Part shown: one piece after another, positions 63,721-64,000 of the stretch
How the letters are laid out: each line of letters opens with the position of its first letter
How positions within the stretch are numbered: position 1 is the stretch's first letter
Assembly (NCBI GenBank): GCA_950097015.1
Contig: CATNEN010000030.1
Location: 1,302,001-1,366,000 of the forward strand
Length of the DNA stretch: 64,000 nucleotides
From: Macrostomum hystrix
Taxonomy: Eukaryota; Animalia; Platyhelminthes
Direction: 5' to 3'
Program-made: the position numbers and the translations under genes
The notes under the pieces: generated by a model
What the model saw: only the letters and a program-made list of their open reading frames with translations
Told to the model about the DNA's origin: nothing
Database searches by the model: none

Positions 63721-64000
63721 GTATGCGCACTATCTTATAGTGAACGCAGTTTGCCAATAACTCGTCGCTGAGTCTTCAGAGCAACTCGCAGCTTTTTACT
63801 TGCAGCATGAAGCTTCAGGTTATAGGCTGGCGTTATCTCGCACTGTGTGGATGCATCTTTTGAGAGATCAGCATCCGATGGAAGCTCGTCGAATCTATAC
63901 TCGTAACAAGCTCAATAAACTTGCATTCTGTAGTGGAAATGCAAAAATGGATCGCACGCACGGCTTTTGAGTGCAGCAACTGCGTGCATGAGAAAGCCGT

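Overview
Eukaryotic (animal) genomic DNA with spliced genes, GC-rich exons and AT-rich, repeat-filled introns. The style resembles a free-living flatworm such as Macrostomum, but that is inference, not a database result. Four spliced genes could be reconstructed by hand: a 5-exon carboxypeptidase E-like M14B gene (-, 10140-13636), a 3-exon PIWI gene with an intact DEDH tetrad (-, 17103-20027), a 2-exon rhodopsin-class peptide-receptor-like GPCR (+, 38084-39454) and an 11-exon USP24-like deubiquitinase (-, 43086-58341). There is also an intronless Myb/SANT (Harbinger-type) ORF at about 3974-4761. A 5292-bp-offset tandem duplication created a truncated GPCR copy fused to a G-rich satellite built from 22-bp and 30-bp modules in a 410-bp higher-order repeat. 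About 20 other minisatellite arrays are present, seven of them in USP24 introns. Mobile elements include two tRNA-derived SINE families (one CORE-type, one with an unidentified central domain and an 8-bp TSD), a decayed IS630/Tc1 element, an internally deleted mariner, a probable solo LTR and a foldback hairpin. Most long ORFs in the supplied track are translations of tandem repeats. Five single-base insertions break the otherwise intact CPE-like, PIWI and USP24-like genes and are most likely long-read consensus errors. No CRISPR array, rRNA or genuine tRNA gene was seen.
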